Below are positions 48,136-61,329 of a DNA stretch of 64,000 nucleotides, in pieces. The stretch lies in NCBI RefSeq assembly GCF_004010195.1, contig NC_057758.1, forward strand, positions 657,396 to 721,395, written 5' to 3'. Numbering within the stretch: the first letter of the stretch is position 1; each line of letters opens with the position of its first letter. The translations under genes were made by a program, and so were the position numbers. Below the pieces are notes generated by a model. The model was not told the origin of the DNA. It made no database searches and saw nothing but the letters and a program-made list of their open reading frames with translations. Origin of the DNA: Chiloscyllium plagiosum. Taxonomy: Eukaryota.

Positions 48136-48999
48136 CAGGATAGACGTTCCACTACCCTTGACATAAGTCTGTTTGAACTGTGCAATTTTCAGATTACAGA
48201 ATTTGACAGATTTTTCAAATTACTATATTTTCAGTTGTATCATTTATAAACCAACTGGCATAAAGTCCAGATAAAGCTGACCATTATTCAAATTTCTGGC
48301 ATGTGCAGAACTTGTAATATAAAAAAAGCTCGACTTAAATTGTTCAAGTTCTAAAAAAAAGCCTTCAAATAAACCGTCGTAGAAAATATAAATGCTACTT
48401 TCCAGGTATGAGAGACGAGCTGTTTGATATTACTGACTTCCCCACTGCAAAGAAAAACAAGCTGTCTGCCACAGTTTAACATTCTGTTATTTTACTAACA
48501 TTGAATGAGAGGTTCTGTTGACATTGACATATCACAAGACACATATAACAGCTGTCGTGGATCCAATGGACATTTCACAATAGAACAATAAATATTTATT
48601 ACAGGGTACTAATCTTGCCTCAAGATTAAATTGCATCTAAAAACCTATTCTTGCATGCATGTAGAAAAACTTTGAAGGAAACAAAAGATTTCAATTCACC
48701 ATTATGTATGATTAATTCTTGTGCAATGACTGTTGGTTCTTAAGCTAATAAGAGCTCTCAAGCTACTGTGGGCTACTTCACAAATAACATTTGATGTTCC
48801 ATCAATAGGTTTAAATGCTTGAGGAAAAAAATTCTAACACAAGTCTCTTACTTGCATTACACACTACGTTCCAGTCTTCAGTAACCCGGTCCTACATGGA
48901 ATTCTGCCAAGCACCAGTTCCATTATTTTGACAGATGGAGATTTAATTTGGATGAAGGCGGGTATTGCATTTTGGTAACTCGAACCAAACAAAAAAGGT

Positions 49000-50675
49000 T
49001 CTGATCGCTCGATTGGTAAGGTGACTCTATTTTTAAAAAATATTTATTTTCTACATTCTCTTCTGAATTTTAGAAGAGAGTGAATAGTGGTTAGGGCATT
49101 TCAATGTTCCTCCTGTGGAATTTGGGTGGTAAGGGTCACGACGAGTGTCCCTGCTGACATCCTCTGTGGGAAGGGCACCCAATTTCAGCTCTTTGAAAAC
49201 CGCTTTATGGAACAAGAGCTGGAGCTGAATGAACTTTGGATCATTCGGGAGGTGGGGGGAATTATTGAGAGGATTTGCAGGGATGTAGTCACACCTCAGG
49301 TCGAAGAAAAAGACAAGTTACAGTCAGGGCACAGAAAGGGAACTGGCATGCAGTGCAAGAAATCCCTGGACCGGTTCTCTGGAATAACAAGTATACCATT
49401 TTGGATGCTGTTGGGGGATGAACGAATTACCAGGATAGGCTATTGGGTACAGGTCTCAGGTGCAGAGTTTGCCCCTGTTGCTCAGAAGGAAGAGGGGAGA
49501 TGAGTAGGACATCAGTCATAAGGGACTCCATGGAGAGAAAGACAGACAGGACGTTCTAGGGCAACGAGATAGACTCTCAGTTGCTGTTGCTTCCCAGGTG
49601 ACAGGGTTTGTGATTACTCGGATCGTGCTTCTGGAATCCTTGAGAGGGAGGGTGAGCAACCCCAAGTCGTGGTCCAAATATGCACTAATGACATAGGTAG
49701 GAAAAGACATGGGGATTTAAGGCAGAAATTCAGGGAGCTAGGGTACAAGTTTAGAGCTAGAGCAAACAGAGTTGTTACTCTTTTTTGTTACCCGTGTCAT
49801 GAGCGAGCAAGGTGAAGAATAGGGAGAGAGAGGACTTGAGCACATGGCTACAGGGATGGTGCAGGAGGGAGGGTTTCAGATACCTGAATAATTGGGACTT
49901 GTTCTGCGATAGGTGGGACCTCCATAAACAGGATCGTCCGCACCTGAACCGGAGGGGTACCAATATCATGGGGGGGTGGGGACATTGGGAATTTGCTAAT
50001 GCTCTTTGGGAGGATTTAATCTAATTCAACAAGGGGAATGGGAACCCAAGTTGTAGTTCCAGTGTCCAAGTGGTTCAGAATAGTGAGGTCAGAAATGAGG
50101 TTTCAAGGTCGCAAGAGTTCACCAGTAAGCAGTAAGGTAATATGAAGTGTGTCTACTTTAACACCAGGTGCATCCAGAATAAGATGGATAAACTTGCAGC
50201 ATGGGTTGCCACCTGGGACTTGGGTGTTGTAGCCATTTTGGAGACAGTGATAGAGCAGAGACAGAATGGTTGTTGCAGGTTTCAGATATTTAAGTACGAA
50301 CACAGAAGTCGTAAAAGCGGTGAGGTATGGCAATTTTAGTCAAGGACAGTATTATGGTGGCAGAAATGACGTCTAAACAATCATTTATTGAGGTATTATG
50401 GGCTGAGGTTTGAGAAAGGATAGGAGAGGTTACCCTGCTGGGAGTTTTCTATAGGTTCCTGAATAGTTCCAGAGACGTAGAGAAAAGGATACCAAAGATA
50501 ATTCTGGATAGGAGCGAGACTAACAGCACAGTTATTGTTGGGGACTTTAACTTTTCAAATATTAACAGGCAAAACTAAAGTTTGAGGACTTTAGATGGGT
50601 CAGTTTTTGTCTGATGTGTGCAGGATGGTTTCCTGGCACAGTTTCGAGACAAGCCAAGAAGAGGCAGGGTCACAA
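49000..50675 (+). mobile_element. CR1 5' portion (ORF1 zinc finger/esterase and ORF2 EN), cut off by a Gypsy LTR
   Basis: Reads QCSSCGIWVV...VPADILCGK...ELELNELWIIRE, QGWCRREGFRYL, CVYFNTRCI and VGDFNF. Confidence 0.88.
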
Positions 50676-50689
50676 CTTGTAAATGACAA

Positions 50690-53600
50690 GTTGTAAATGA
50701 CAAATTCCAAAAAATCTAAGATTAAAAAATAAAGTTGTGCAATGAAATGGGAGTGGCCCTCAGCTTTTCTCTGTTTTGTTTTGTTACCAGCAGTGTGAAG
50801 AAAGGCTGCTGGACCCAGAATTGGTCCATGCTGACCTGCCTCTGACTTTGATCATTTAAGAAGTTGTTTAATTTTATCTTTTGTGTGCCAAGGAGTGTTT
50901 ATGTGGATTGTTGCAAGTATCTGGAACAACATCATTAAGTTGAGATAGTCTGTTGAGTTTTCGGATAGGATAATCTATTCGGTATTCTGTTTTCTGTTCT
51001 GTGTCTTTCATTCGGTAATCATGTAAATACATTGTGTTTTATTTAAAACTAAATGGTTTGGCCAGCTGATTCTCTCCTGGAATATCTATTTTACACCTGT
51101 TTAAAATAACCCGGTTGGGGGTTTGGCAAAAGGTAATTAAGACCAAGCTGCTGGAAAAAGCAGACAAGCTGGAGTTGCACCTGCCTCATTATGAAAGGAA
51201 AGGATTGATAATTACAACTATAGCTCAGATTTTACATTTCCTGGAAACACCATCAGAACCTTTAGAGATGGCTACAATTCAATTCAAAATTAAGCAGCTT
51301 TAGTTGGAGGCAAAAGGCAAGGAATTGCAATGAAAGCAGAGTAACGAGGAAGAGAGAGAGAGAAGATAGAAGGGAGAGAGAAAGAGAGAGAATTTGAACT
51401 TTGGAAACTGCCACTTTGACAGGAGTTCAAAAGTAGTGAGAACGCATGCAGAAGAGCAGGGGGTTAAAACAAGATTATCAGCTGAAATGGCTGATGTTAT
51501 AAGTTGGTCCTCAAAGCTGTGTTTGGCTTCCAGAATCAATTTCAATCCATAAAAGATAGAAATTGGGGAAAACAGAAATCCTCACGTTGAAAGGGAAAGG
51601 TAGATCTGGGTGAAGATCATAAAGATAACCTACCACAGGGTAAAAAGGGAATCATTGAAGGGGACAGAGAAGTGAAAAAGTTAAATAAGCTAAATGTTTT
51701 CACTGAAATGAAGGAGCCTGCATGAAATAACAGTTTTGCTGTGTTATAGAAGTACTGGGCAGTCAGATACAGGAAAACAGAAAAAGCCAGTGGTAGCAGA
51801 AAGCACAGTTGAGAATAGAGAGCTGCTGCAGAGTATACAAGCTGGTCGGAGGTTGGTTAAGGAGGGAGTGTCAGGTCTTCTTCAACCATATACGTGCGAA
51901 GGTAAAGTTTATTCACATAGAACAGGAGCAATAGGTAAAGAGGTTACAGTACTAAGACACACAGCATCTTCTCAGTCTTTAATGCTGAAAGATGATACTT
52001 CTGAAGGACTATTTCCAGAAAAGTAAATAGCAACGTGAATTTACGATGAGACAAAAAGTGGTTAATTATGTGACGTGAGGTTAGAGTGTTCAGAGAAGAG
52101 TGGATAATTCGTGATAGGAGCACTGGACAAACTCTAAGATCCAGAATAAAATTTGTCCTTGATCATGATAGAGCTGATTCACCAGGAGGAGTGTTGCCTA
52201 CTGTGGTTGAAAAGCGAATGAAAACTCAGGCAACTGAACTATTGCAGAATACATATCCTAGAAATTTTCCTGACAGTGTGGCAATAAAGTCTCAAAGTCG
52301 CCAATTCAAACAGGAGAGCTCAAAGAATACAGATAAGAAAGTTAAAGTGGAATTAACAGATTGATCAGATAGTTAAGACAAAGCAAGAACAGATGTATGA
52401 CAATGCAGACATCTTTGGCTCAGCCAAAGTAATTGATTTAAAGCAGAAAGATGAAAACTCGAAGCAATTGAATCCAAAGGAACACTAAAAAGTAACCTGA
52501 ATGACTCCATAAATATTATTACCTTAAAAATTATGTCTTAATGAGGAAATGAAGACAATCACATATTCAGGCAGATGAAAATGCGCAGAAATTCATCAAA
52601 TCATATTGCCAGTGGGGACAAGAAGGAAGTGCTGCAAGTGATGCATGAGCTACGATTTAAGGGTCATTTAGAAGTGTGGAAAACACAAGATAATTTGCAA
52701 AAATATTTTTCCTTCCCTGGTGTGTACAAGGATGTAGTTGAATTTTGCCAGGTGTGCCCTACATGTCAGGTAATTGGAAAACCACAGATGTTAATAAAAC
52801 CCGCACCTTTAATACATATTGCTGTTTTGAGGAACCTTTTACAAGTGTCATATTTGATTGTATAGGTCCCCTATCTCAAATAAAAAGTTGGAATCAGTAT
52901 TTGTTCACAATGATGGATGTAGAGACTAGAATAGAGAGGCTGTTCCATGACAGTGTCACAGCAGCAAGATATGCAGAGGAATTACTCAAATATTTCACTA
53001 GATATGGAACGTCGACAGAGATACCATCAGTTTACGGGTCAAAGTTCACACCAAAAGTATTGATGGAAGCTCTGGACAGCTTAGGAATAAAACAACTCAA
53101 ACGTTCGATAATATTTCTCCATAGTAGGTTAGTGTGCAAAATGCGCAGGAATGGGATTGCGGGAGATATAGCAGTTTGGATCAGTAATTGACTTGCTAAA
53201 AGAAAACAGAGAGTGGTGGATGATGGGAAATTTCATACTGGAGTTCAGTTGCTCGTGGTGTACCGCAAGGATCGGTGTTGGGTCCACTGCTGTTCGTCAT
53301 TTTTATAAACGACCTGGATGAGGGGGTAGAAGGGTGGGTTAATAAATTTGCAGACGACACAAATGTCGGGGGAGTTGTGGATAGTGACGAAGGATGTTGT
53401 AGGTTACAGAGAGACATAGATAAGCTGCAGAGCTGGGCTGAGAGGTGGCTAATGGAGTTTAATGCGGACAAGTGTGAAGTGATTCACTTTGGTCGGAGTA
53501 ACCGGAATGCAAAGTACTGGGCTAATGGTAAGATTCTTGGTAGTGTAGATGAGCAGAGAGATCTCAGTGTCCAGGTACACAGATCCAGGTTGATAGGGTT

Positions 53601-56600
53601 GTTAAGAAGGCATACAGTGTTTTAGCTTTTATTAATAGAGGGATCGAGTTCCGGAACCATGAGGCTATTCTACAGCTGTACAAAACTCTGGTGCTGCCGC
53701 ACTTGGAGTTTTGTGTATAGTTCTGGTCACAGCATTATAAGAAGGACGTGGAAGCTTTGGAAAAGGTGCAGAGGAGATTTACTAGGATGTTGCCTGGTGT
53801 GCAGGGAATGTCTTACGAGGAAAGGCTGAGGGACTTGAGGCTGTTTTTGTTAGAGATAAGAAGGTTGAGAGGTGACTGAATAGAGACAAATAATATAATC
53901 GGAGGGTTAGATATGGTGGACAGGGAGAGCCTTTTTCCAAGTATGGTGACGGCGAGCACTAGGGGGCATAGCTTTAAATTGAGGGGTGATACATATAGGA
54001 CAGATGTCAGATGTAGTTTCTTTACTCACTGAGTAGAAACTATATGGAATGCTTTGCCTGCAACAGCAGTAGATTCGCCAACTTTAAGTACATTTATGTT
54101 GTCATTGGACAAACATATGGACGCACATGGAATAGTGTAGGTTAGATGGGCTTCAGATTGGTATGACAGGTCGGCGCAACATCGAGGGCCGAAGGGTCCC
54201 GTGGTCCATGTTCTACTGCATACCACCAGCATTGCAGTGATCGCTGGAAAGTTGGCATCAGACATTGAAGACCATATTGAGAGCTTATACTGAAGACTAT
54301 CCAGATGATAAGGAGAAGGGAAAACTGTTTGTCCTTTTTGCGATCAGAGGTGCACCAAATGAATTGTCCAAGTCCAGTCCATTTGAATTTGTTGAAGTGA
54401 GAGGACCGTTAAGATTGTTTAAAGAGAAATCGGAAATTTGAATCCACATATCTGGACTATGTATCAAATTTTAGGGAGCGATTAAATGGAGGTAAGAAGT
54501 TGGTTAGATAGCATTTAAACTTCGCACAGAGTACAATGAAAGAATAAGCAGACAAGAAATGAAAAATTCACGATTTTGCTGTCCGACATAATGTATTACT
54601 GTTACTTCCAATTATAGATGAACCTTTAAAAGCAAGGTTTAATGGACCTTTTCAAGTCAAAAGGAAATTAAGTGAGGTGAACTACTTGATATGGACTCGA
54701 GACAGAAATAGAAATCTCAGAGTGTGTCATGTGAAAAGGGTCAGAAGATATTTTGACAGGAAGGAAAGCAAGAGGCGAATTTGTTATTCATTACAACCAA
54801 GACGGTTGAACCAAGTTCAGGGGATTCTGAATTGGGCATTCTTCAAATTAAATTGGACAAATAGGAAGTTGTCAAAAATAGAATTATTTATTGTGTTACC
54901 TTCCAAATAAAAGTGAAAATGACCTGAAGAAGGGACTCCTATCACATGGGGAGATAGGCGGAAATAAGTTGGGTTGTACTAACCTAATTATGCACGTTAT
55001 AGATATTGGAGATGATGTTCTGATTAAGCAGTATCCTTATAGGTGTACCCCTCTAAAGTAGTCACAGGTGCAAAAGGACTTTGAACGCATACTGCAAGAT
55101 GACATATTTGAAGTGAATTAAAGTGACTGGAGCTCACCCATAGTAATTCTGCTAAAACCAGTTGATACCCAGCGGTTATATGTGAATTGTGCACAGTCAA
55201 CGGAGTGACAAAAACTGCTGCATATCCGATTCCGCGTTTGGAAGTCTGTATTGAGAAGGCGGGACAAGCAGCATATATTTCTCAGTTAGACTTTCTTAGA
55301 GGAGGCACCTTTGTCAGAAAGAGCAAAGGAAACTTCCGCTTTTGTCATGCCCAATGGATTGCATCAGTTTAAAGTCATGCCATTTCGCAGTAAAAATATA
55401 CCAGCCAGATTTCAGAGACTAACCAAAATGGTAATTTCTGGATTACTTAACTGTGTCATTTAATCTCAAATGGAAGGAATATTAACAACATTTATCAGAC
55501 CTATTTGTTTGACACGGGAAGGCAAGCTTGGTGAAAAGCCTGGTTAAAAGCGAATTTGCCAAAACCCAAGTGACTTTCCTGAGTCATGTATTGGATTCGG
55601 ACAAATTACCCCACGGTACGCAACAATGAAGATAATTGAGCAGGTTCCCATACCATCAACAAAAAGAGCAGTGTTTATGTTGCTCGTGTCGCATCTGGGA
55701 CAATCATACGCACTGATTTTAACCAACTGAAGTTTGCAGAGACTGTTTCAATCGAGCTTGTTGGTACAGACATTCCATTTGAAAATCGTACATGAGGCAG
55801 GACGAGAACATGTGATTGTCTACACATAGCCGACACTCGAATGAGAAATGAAGGCATTTGGTTGCAGGAGTGCAACAGACTGAAACGGAATGTAGCTGTG
55901 CATGTCTGCATGTTTACACTCAATGTAATCTATATGTGTATTTTGGAGATCTAACAATTTTATGGGTGTTTAAAATGCTGTAATCCTTGAATATTGATGG
56001 TTCATTTTTTAAGAGGGGAGGTGTGACAAAGCTGTTCCTTTAACAAGGTGTGCTGTCCTTGACATTTTTTTCAGAGGGCTCTTAAATGACAGACTCTGAA
56101 AAATCTGAAGAGTGAAAGATTTTAGAGCCAATTTGTTTGTAGCTAACAGGTACTGCATCAGGCAGAAGGTTTTCAAGTTTAAAAAAACTTGTAGAATGAA
56201 AGGGGAGTGGCCAGTTCTCAGAGCTCACCATATTCTCGTGTGATTTTTCTTTTCAGCACGAGTGTGAAGAAAGGCTGCTAGACCCAGAATGAAGGTCCAT
56301 GCTGATCACTCTCTGACTTCTATTCTGTAAGAACGTGTTTGATTTTACCTTTTGTGCCAAGGGGAAATTTATGTGGATTGTTGCAAGTATCTGGAACAGC
56401 ATCATTAGGTTGGCATAGTCTGTTGGGTTTTCGAATAGACCAAATTATTCGGTATTCCTTTTATTGTTCTTTGTGTTTTATTCAGTAACCTTGTAAATAA
56501 ATTCTGTGTTTTTAAAGCCTAAATGGTTTGAGCAGCTGATAAATGGAAGACCCATTTTACACCTGCTTAAAACAACTAGCAAAACTATGTTCTCGGCTAC

Positions 56601-56638
56601 CTTGAAATGTTTTTAGCAGTCTAGCGTGGTCCATAACA
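50690..56638 (+). mobile_element. Decayed Gmr1-like Gypsy LTR retrotransposon: partial 5' LTR, gag, protease, integrase, RT, RNase H, PPT, 3' LTR
   Basis: 5' LTR remnant ~50740-51110 matches 56195-56575. Protease VLRHTASSQSL. IN zinc finger HE...GHL...FCQVCPTCQVIGK and core IFDCIGPL. RT (AYPIPRLE.CIE..G.A.YISQLD) lies downstream of IN. PPT aagaggggagg at 56011-56021. 3' LTR tgtgaca...ataaca at 56022-56638. Confidence 0.9.
53101..54214 (+). mobile_element. 5'-truncated CR1 inserted in the Gypsy integrase
   Basis: Integrase LGIKQLK| resumes as TAYH after 54214. The insert encodes [18 protein letters not shown]...FADDT and a CR1 tail. Confidence 0.92.
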
Positions 56639-58520
56639 ACGCCAAGGATAGAACGAGTGAAATGAGGAGTATAAACTGTTAATCTCGGGAAAGGACAACT
56701 GGGAAGACAGATAGCATTGTTAATTGCAAAACATTCCTGAGTCATTTTGACCTCGATAAAATAAGCAACCTCAGCTTCACAAATAACACTCGCTCGGTAT
56801 GATGCAGCTGGTAAGTGTCTGCAGAGGTGAATAACATTGAGAGGGGAGTTGGTAAGTAACGAATGCAAAGCTGCATAGACTCATTGTAACGTGAAGTGTG
56901 TGAATGTCCAGTACATCATGGGAAGGGCGGCGACTTGGAGTCTGTCAGTATTAACATTTCTGAGTCTGCATGGGTAAGGAGCTCAGAATAAAGATGATTT
57001 ATGCTGTTGAACACAGGACTCAAGATGCTGCTGCAGAATTTCTCTCCAACAGAGTCAAACAGAACAGGAGCACGATGAAGTGGGAATACTGTCCAAAATA
57101 ACAGAGAATATACGGAAATACAAATACTGCATAAACGGTTTGGGAACATATGGAAATGGTAATACTGTAATAAATTGCAGAGATGTATCAACGATGGAAT
57201 ACTGCCTGTGGACGTGGGAAAACTATCCAAAATAACAGGTAATATATGGAAGTGGAAATGTTAATCAAAATGAAAGGAATGTGTGGAAGTGTGTATATTG
57301 TCTAAAATAACTGAGACACATTAAAGCTCGAATTGCACAGATAAATATGCTAATATATGGAATGGGGAATACTATATTCAAACAAGGGAAAATATGGATG
57401 TTTGAACACCATATGTAATGAAAAGAACATAAGAAGTTTGGAATGCTGCCAAAAACAACAGGAAGAATACATTCCAAATATGTGGGAATACGTTCTAATA
57501 TATCAGGAACACATGGAAGAGGAAATACCTTAAAATATACCTGCTTAAAACAACTAGCAAAACTATGTTCTCGGCTACCTTGAAATGTTTTTAGCAGTCT
57601 AGCGTGGTCCATAACAACGCCAAGGATAGAACGAGTGAAATGAGGAGTATAAACTGTTAATCTCGGGAAAGGACAACTGGGAAGACAGATAGCATTGTTA
57701 ATTGCAAAACATTCCGGAGTCATTTTGACCTCGATAAAATAAGCAACCTCAGCTTCACAAATAACACTCGCTCGGTATGATGCAGCTGGTAAGTGTCTGC
57801 AGAGGTGAATAACATTGAGAGGGGAGTTGGTAAGTAACGAATGCAAAGCTGCATAGACTCATTGTAACGTGAAGTGTGTGAATGTCCAGTACATCATGGG
57901 AAGGGCGGCGACTTGGAGTCTGTCAGTATTAACATTTCTGAGTCTGCATGGGTAAGGAGCTTAGAATAAACATGATTTATGCTGTTGAACACAGGACTCA
58001 AGATGCTGCTGTAGAATTTCTCTCCAACAGAGTCAAACAGAACAGGAGCACGATGAAGTGGGAATACTGTCCAAAATAACAGAGAATATACGGAAATACA
58101 AATACTGCATAAACGGTTTGGGAACATATGGAAATGGTAATACTGTAACAAATTGCAGAGATGTATCAACGATGGAATACTGCCTGTGGACGTGGGAAAA
58201 CTATCCAAAATAATATATTTTGGTAATATATGGAAGTGGAAATGTTAATCAAAATGAAAGGAATGTGTGGAAGTGAGTACAATGTCTAAAATAACTGAGA
58301 CATATTAAAGCTCGAATTACACAGATAAATATGCTAATATATGGAATGGGGAATACTATATTCAAAAAAGGGAAAATATGGATGTTTGAACACCATATGT
58401 AATGAAAAGAACATAAGAAGTTTGGAATGCTGCCAAAAACAACAGGAAGAATACATTCCAAATATGTGGGAATACGTTCTAATATATCAGGAACACATGG
58501 AAGAGGAAATACCTTAAAAT
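56560..58520 (+). repeat. ~978-bp tandem duplication covering the LTR 3' end and flanking A-rich degenerate repeat
   Basis: acctgcttaaaacaactagc starts at ~56561 and ~57539. Paired ORFs 56916/57894 are offset by 978. The copies differ by scattered SNPs. Confidence 0.93.
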
Positions 58521-59716
58521 ATTAAAAAATAAAATTTGAAAGCTTCAATCCTCCAAAACAACACAAACATGTAGAAGTTGCAATTCTGCGCAAAATATCA
58601 ATGAACACATGGGAGTGCAAAGCAATAGCGGTCATGCAGAGGTGTGAATACTGTTTAAAATAGCACGACCATGTGGATGTTAAAATATAGTCTAAAATGA
58701 AAGAAACATTAGGAATTGGAAAACTCTTGGAAATTCAATGAAGATTTTGAGGTGGGAATACTGTCTAAAATAACAGGGAACAATTGGAAGAGGGAATGCC
58801 ATCTCAAATTACATGACCATGTGGACTTATGTTTGGGCATTCAACAGTGTGCAGCTGTCTACTGTCTACAGCAATACAATATACAAAGTGAGGGACAACT
58901 GATATTTGGACTCAGAATTATGCAGCACGTGTATTGTCTACAATAATATCATATTTATAGTAATGCAACATCTACAATGTGAAGTAAGTGACAGTTGGAC
59001 AAGGGATAAGTGGACACTGCACAGTAAGCAGCCTACGTACCGGCTTTAGTCATGCACTATCTGCAGTATGAGAAACTCTTTATTTGGCCACTCAGCTGTT
59101 GTAACCCTACATATTGAATTCCCGATCACACAATGAGATGCTGGTTTATGTTCCAGTCTTTAACGTTGGACAGTGCTTCGTTTTTTTAGAAATCTGAGAC
59201 ACTGAGTGATGCCTCGTACCAGTTGAGGCCTGTGTTTGAGCCAAATATTCAACGTACCAAGCGATTCTCCTCACATTCCTGAAGTCGGAGTATTTATGAC
59301 AGTTATGTTCACTTCCAGGTTTTTGTTCTGTTCTTATATCCATGAGGGTTGATTCTCACCAACTTGGTTATTACCAAAGGCATAACAATAACAAGTCAGC
59401 TAATGAGTGGTATTGACGTGCAATGGCAGTGTCCCTATCCTTGAGTCAGGAGGTCTTTGTTCATGTACCCCATCGCCTCATCAGACCTTTAACAATTAAT
59501 ACTACCTTAAAATGACGGCAGTGTTTGTTCAGAATGTCGAATGTCTTGCTGTACTTAGAGGCCATGATTGGCATAAGTGAAAGCAGCAATTATCAGTTTT
59601 TAAACTCGCTACAATTCTGCAGAGAATTGTGCATTTGGATCTTTGAAACAGGCTGGGAGATTATGGCTGCATTATTGCTTCTGATTTTCCGCTGGGTCAG
59701 CATTAATTTTCCCTTT

Positions 59717-60868
59717 CATAGAACATAGAACATTACAACGCAGTACAGGCCCTTCGGCCCTCGATGTTGCGCCGACCTGTCATACCAATCTGAAGCCCAT
59801 TAATACTACACTATTCCATGTGCGTCCATATGCCTATCAAATGATGGCTTAAATGTACTTAAAGTTGGCTAATCTGCTACCCGTGCAGACAAGGCATTCC
59901 ATACCATTACTATTCGCTTATTAAAGAAACTACCTCTGACATCTGTCCGATATCTATCACCCCTCAATTTAAAGCGATGCCCCCTCGTGCTCGCCGTCAC
60001 CATTCTTGGAAAAAGGCTCTCCCTTTCCACCCTATCTAACCCTCTGATTATCTTATGTCTCTCGATTAAGTCACCTCTCAACCTTCTTCTCTCTCACGAA
60101 AACAGCCTCAAGTCCTTCAGCCTTTCTTCGTAAGACCTTCGTAAGACCTTCCCTCCATACCTTACCTTCGTAAGACCTTCCCTCCATACCAGGCAACATC
60201 CTAGTAAGTCTCCTCTGCACCCTTTCCAGAGCTTCCGCATCCTTTTTATAATGTGGTGACCAGAACAGTACACCATACTCCAAGTGCGACCGCACCAGAG
60301 TTTTATACAGCTGTAGCATAACCTCATGGTTCCGGAACTCGATCCCTCTATTAATAAAAGCTAAAACACTGTATGCCTTCTTAACAACCATATCAACCTG
60401 GGTGGCAACTTTCAAGGATCTGTGCACCTGGTCATCGAGAACTCTCTGCTCATCTACACTACCAAGAATCTTACCATTAGCCCAGTACTTTGCATTCCGA
60501 TTACTCCAACCAAAGGAAATCACTTCACACTTGTCCGCATTAAACTCCATTAGCCACCTCTCACATCAGCTCTGCAGCTTATCTATGTCTCTCTGTAACC
60601 TACAACATCATTGATCACTATCCACAACTCCACCGACCTTAGTGTTGTCTACAACTTTACTAACCCGACCTTCTCCGCCCTCTTCCAGGTCATTTATAAA
60701 AATGGCGAACAACAGTGGACCCAACACCGACCCTTGAGGTAGACCACTAGTAACTGGACTCCAGGGTGAATATTTCTCATCAACCACCACCCTTTGTCTT
60801 CTTTTGGCAAGCCAATTACTGACCCAAACTGCTATATCTCCCACAATCCCATTCTTCCACATTTTGCA
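59717..60868 (-). mobile_element. CR1 RT-to-tail fragment
   Basis: ORFs 60071-60550, 59869-60081 and 60608-61009. (catagaa)n tail. Local slippage duplications at 60125-60190. Confidence 0.93.
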
Positions 60869-60870
60869 CT

Positions 60871-60961
60871 GAAAATGTGTTGCTGGAAAAGCGCAGCAAG
60901 TCAGGCAGCATCCAAGGAACAGGAGAATCGACGTTTCAGGCATAAGCCCTTCTTCAGGACT
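60871..60961 (-). ncRNA. Penelope terminal-repeat fragment with minimal hammerhead ribozyme motif (60926-60961)
   Basis: Minus strand reads AGUC CUGAAGA A GGGC UUAU GCCU GAAAC GUC GAUU: core intact, stem I AGUC/GAUU, palindromic ACGU in place of stem III. Confidence 0.7.
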
Positions 60962-61329
60962 TATCCTTTGCACTGTCAACTGCACAGTTAAATTTTGTTT
61001 TATCTGCAATACTTATTCTTGCCCGCTACACTTAGATTCAAATCATTAATATATGCCACCAAAAGGACTTGTATGAAGCCTACTAGACTCAACCTTCCAG
61101 TTGTAAAAATCACCTGTTGTCCATTACTCTTGGTGTTCTGCCGCTGAGCCAGTTTGTATCCAGCTTGCTATGATACCCAGGATATTGTTTTTATTGTTAT
61201 AACCAGTCTAATCTGGAAACTTGTCAAAAGCCTTGCTAAAGTTCATGTAGACTGTATCAACTGCACTATTGTCATTCAATCCTCCATGCTACATCCTCAA
61301 AAAATTAAATCTGATCAAGGTCTTCCCTT

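Noticed and set aside
57265..57846. 193-aa hydrophobic minus-strand ORF
   Set aside because: It is created by the tandem-duplication junction across LTR and A-rich repeat sequence, and has no recognisable motif.
59146..59360. Possible B7/Ig-like fragment (GYKNRT) on the minus strand
   Set aside because: It is a six-residue match only, followed by stops, with no Cys/Trp framework or splice sites.
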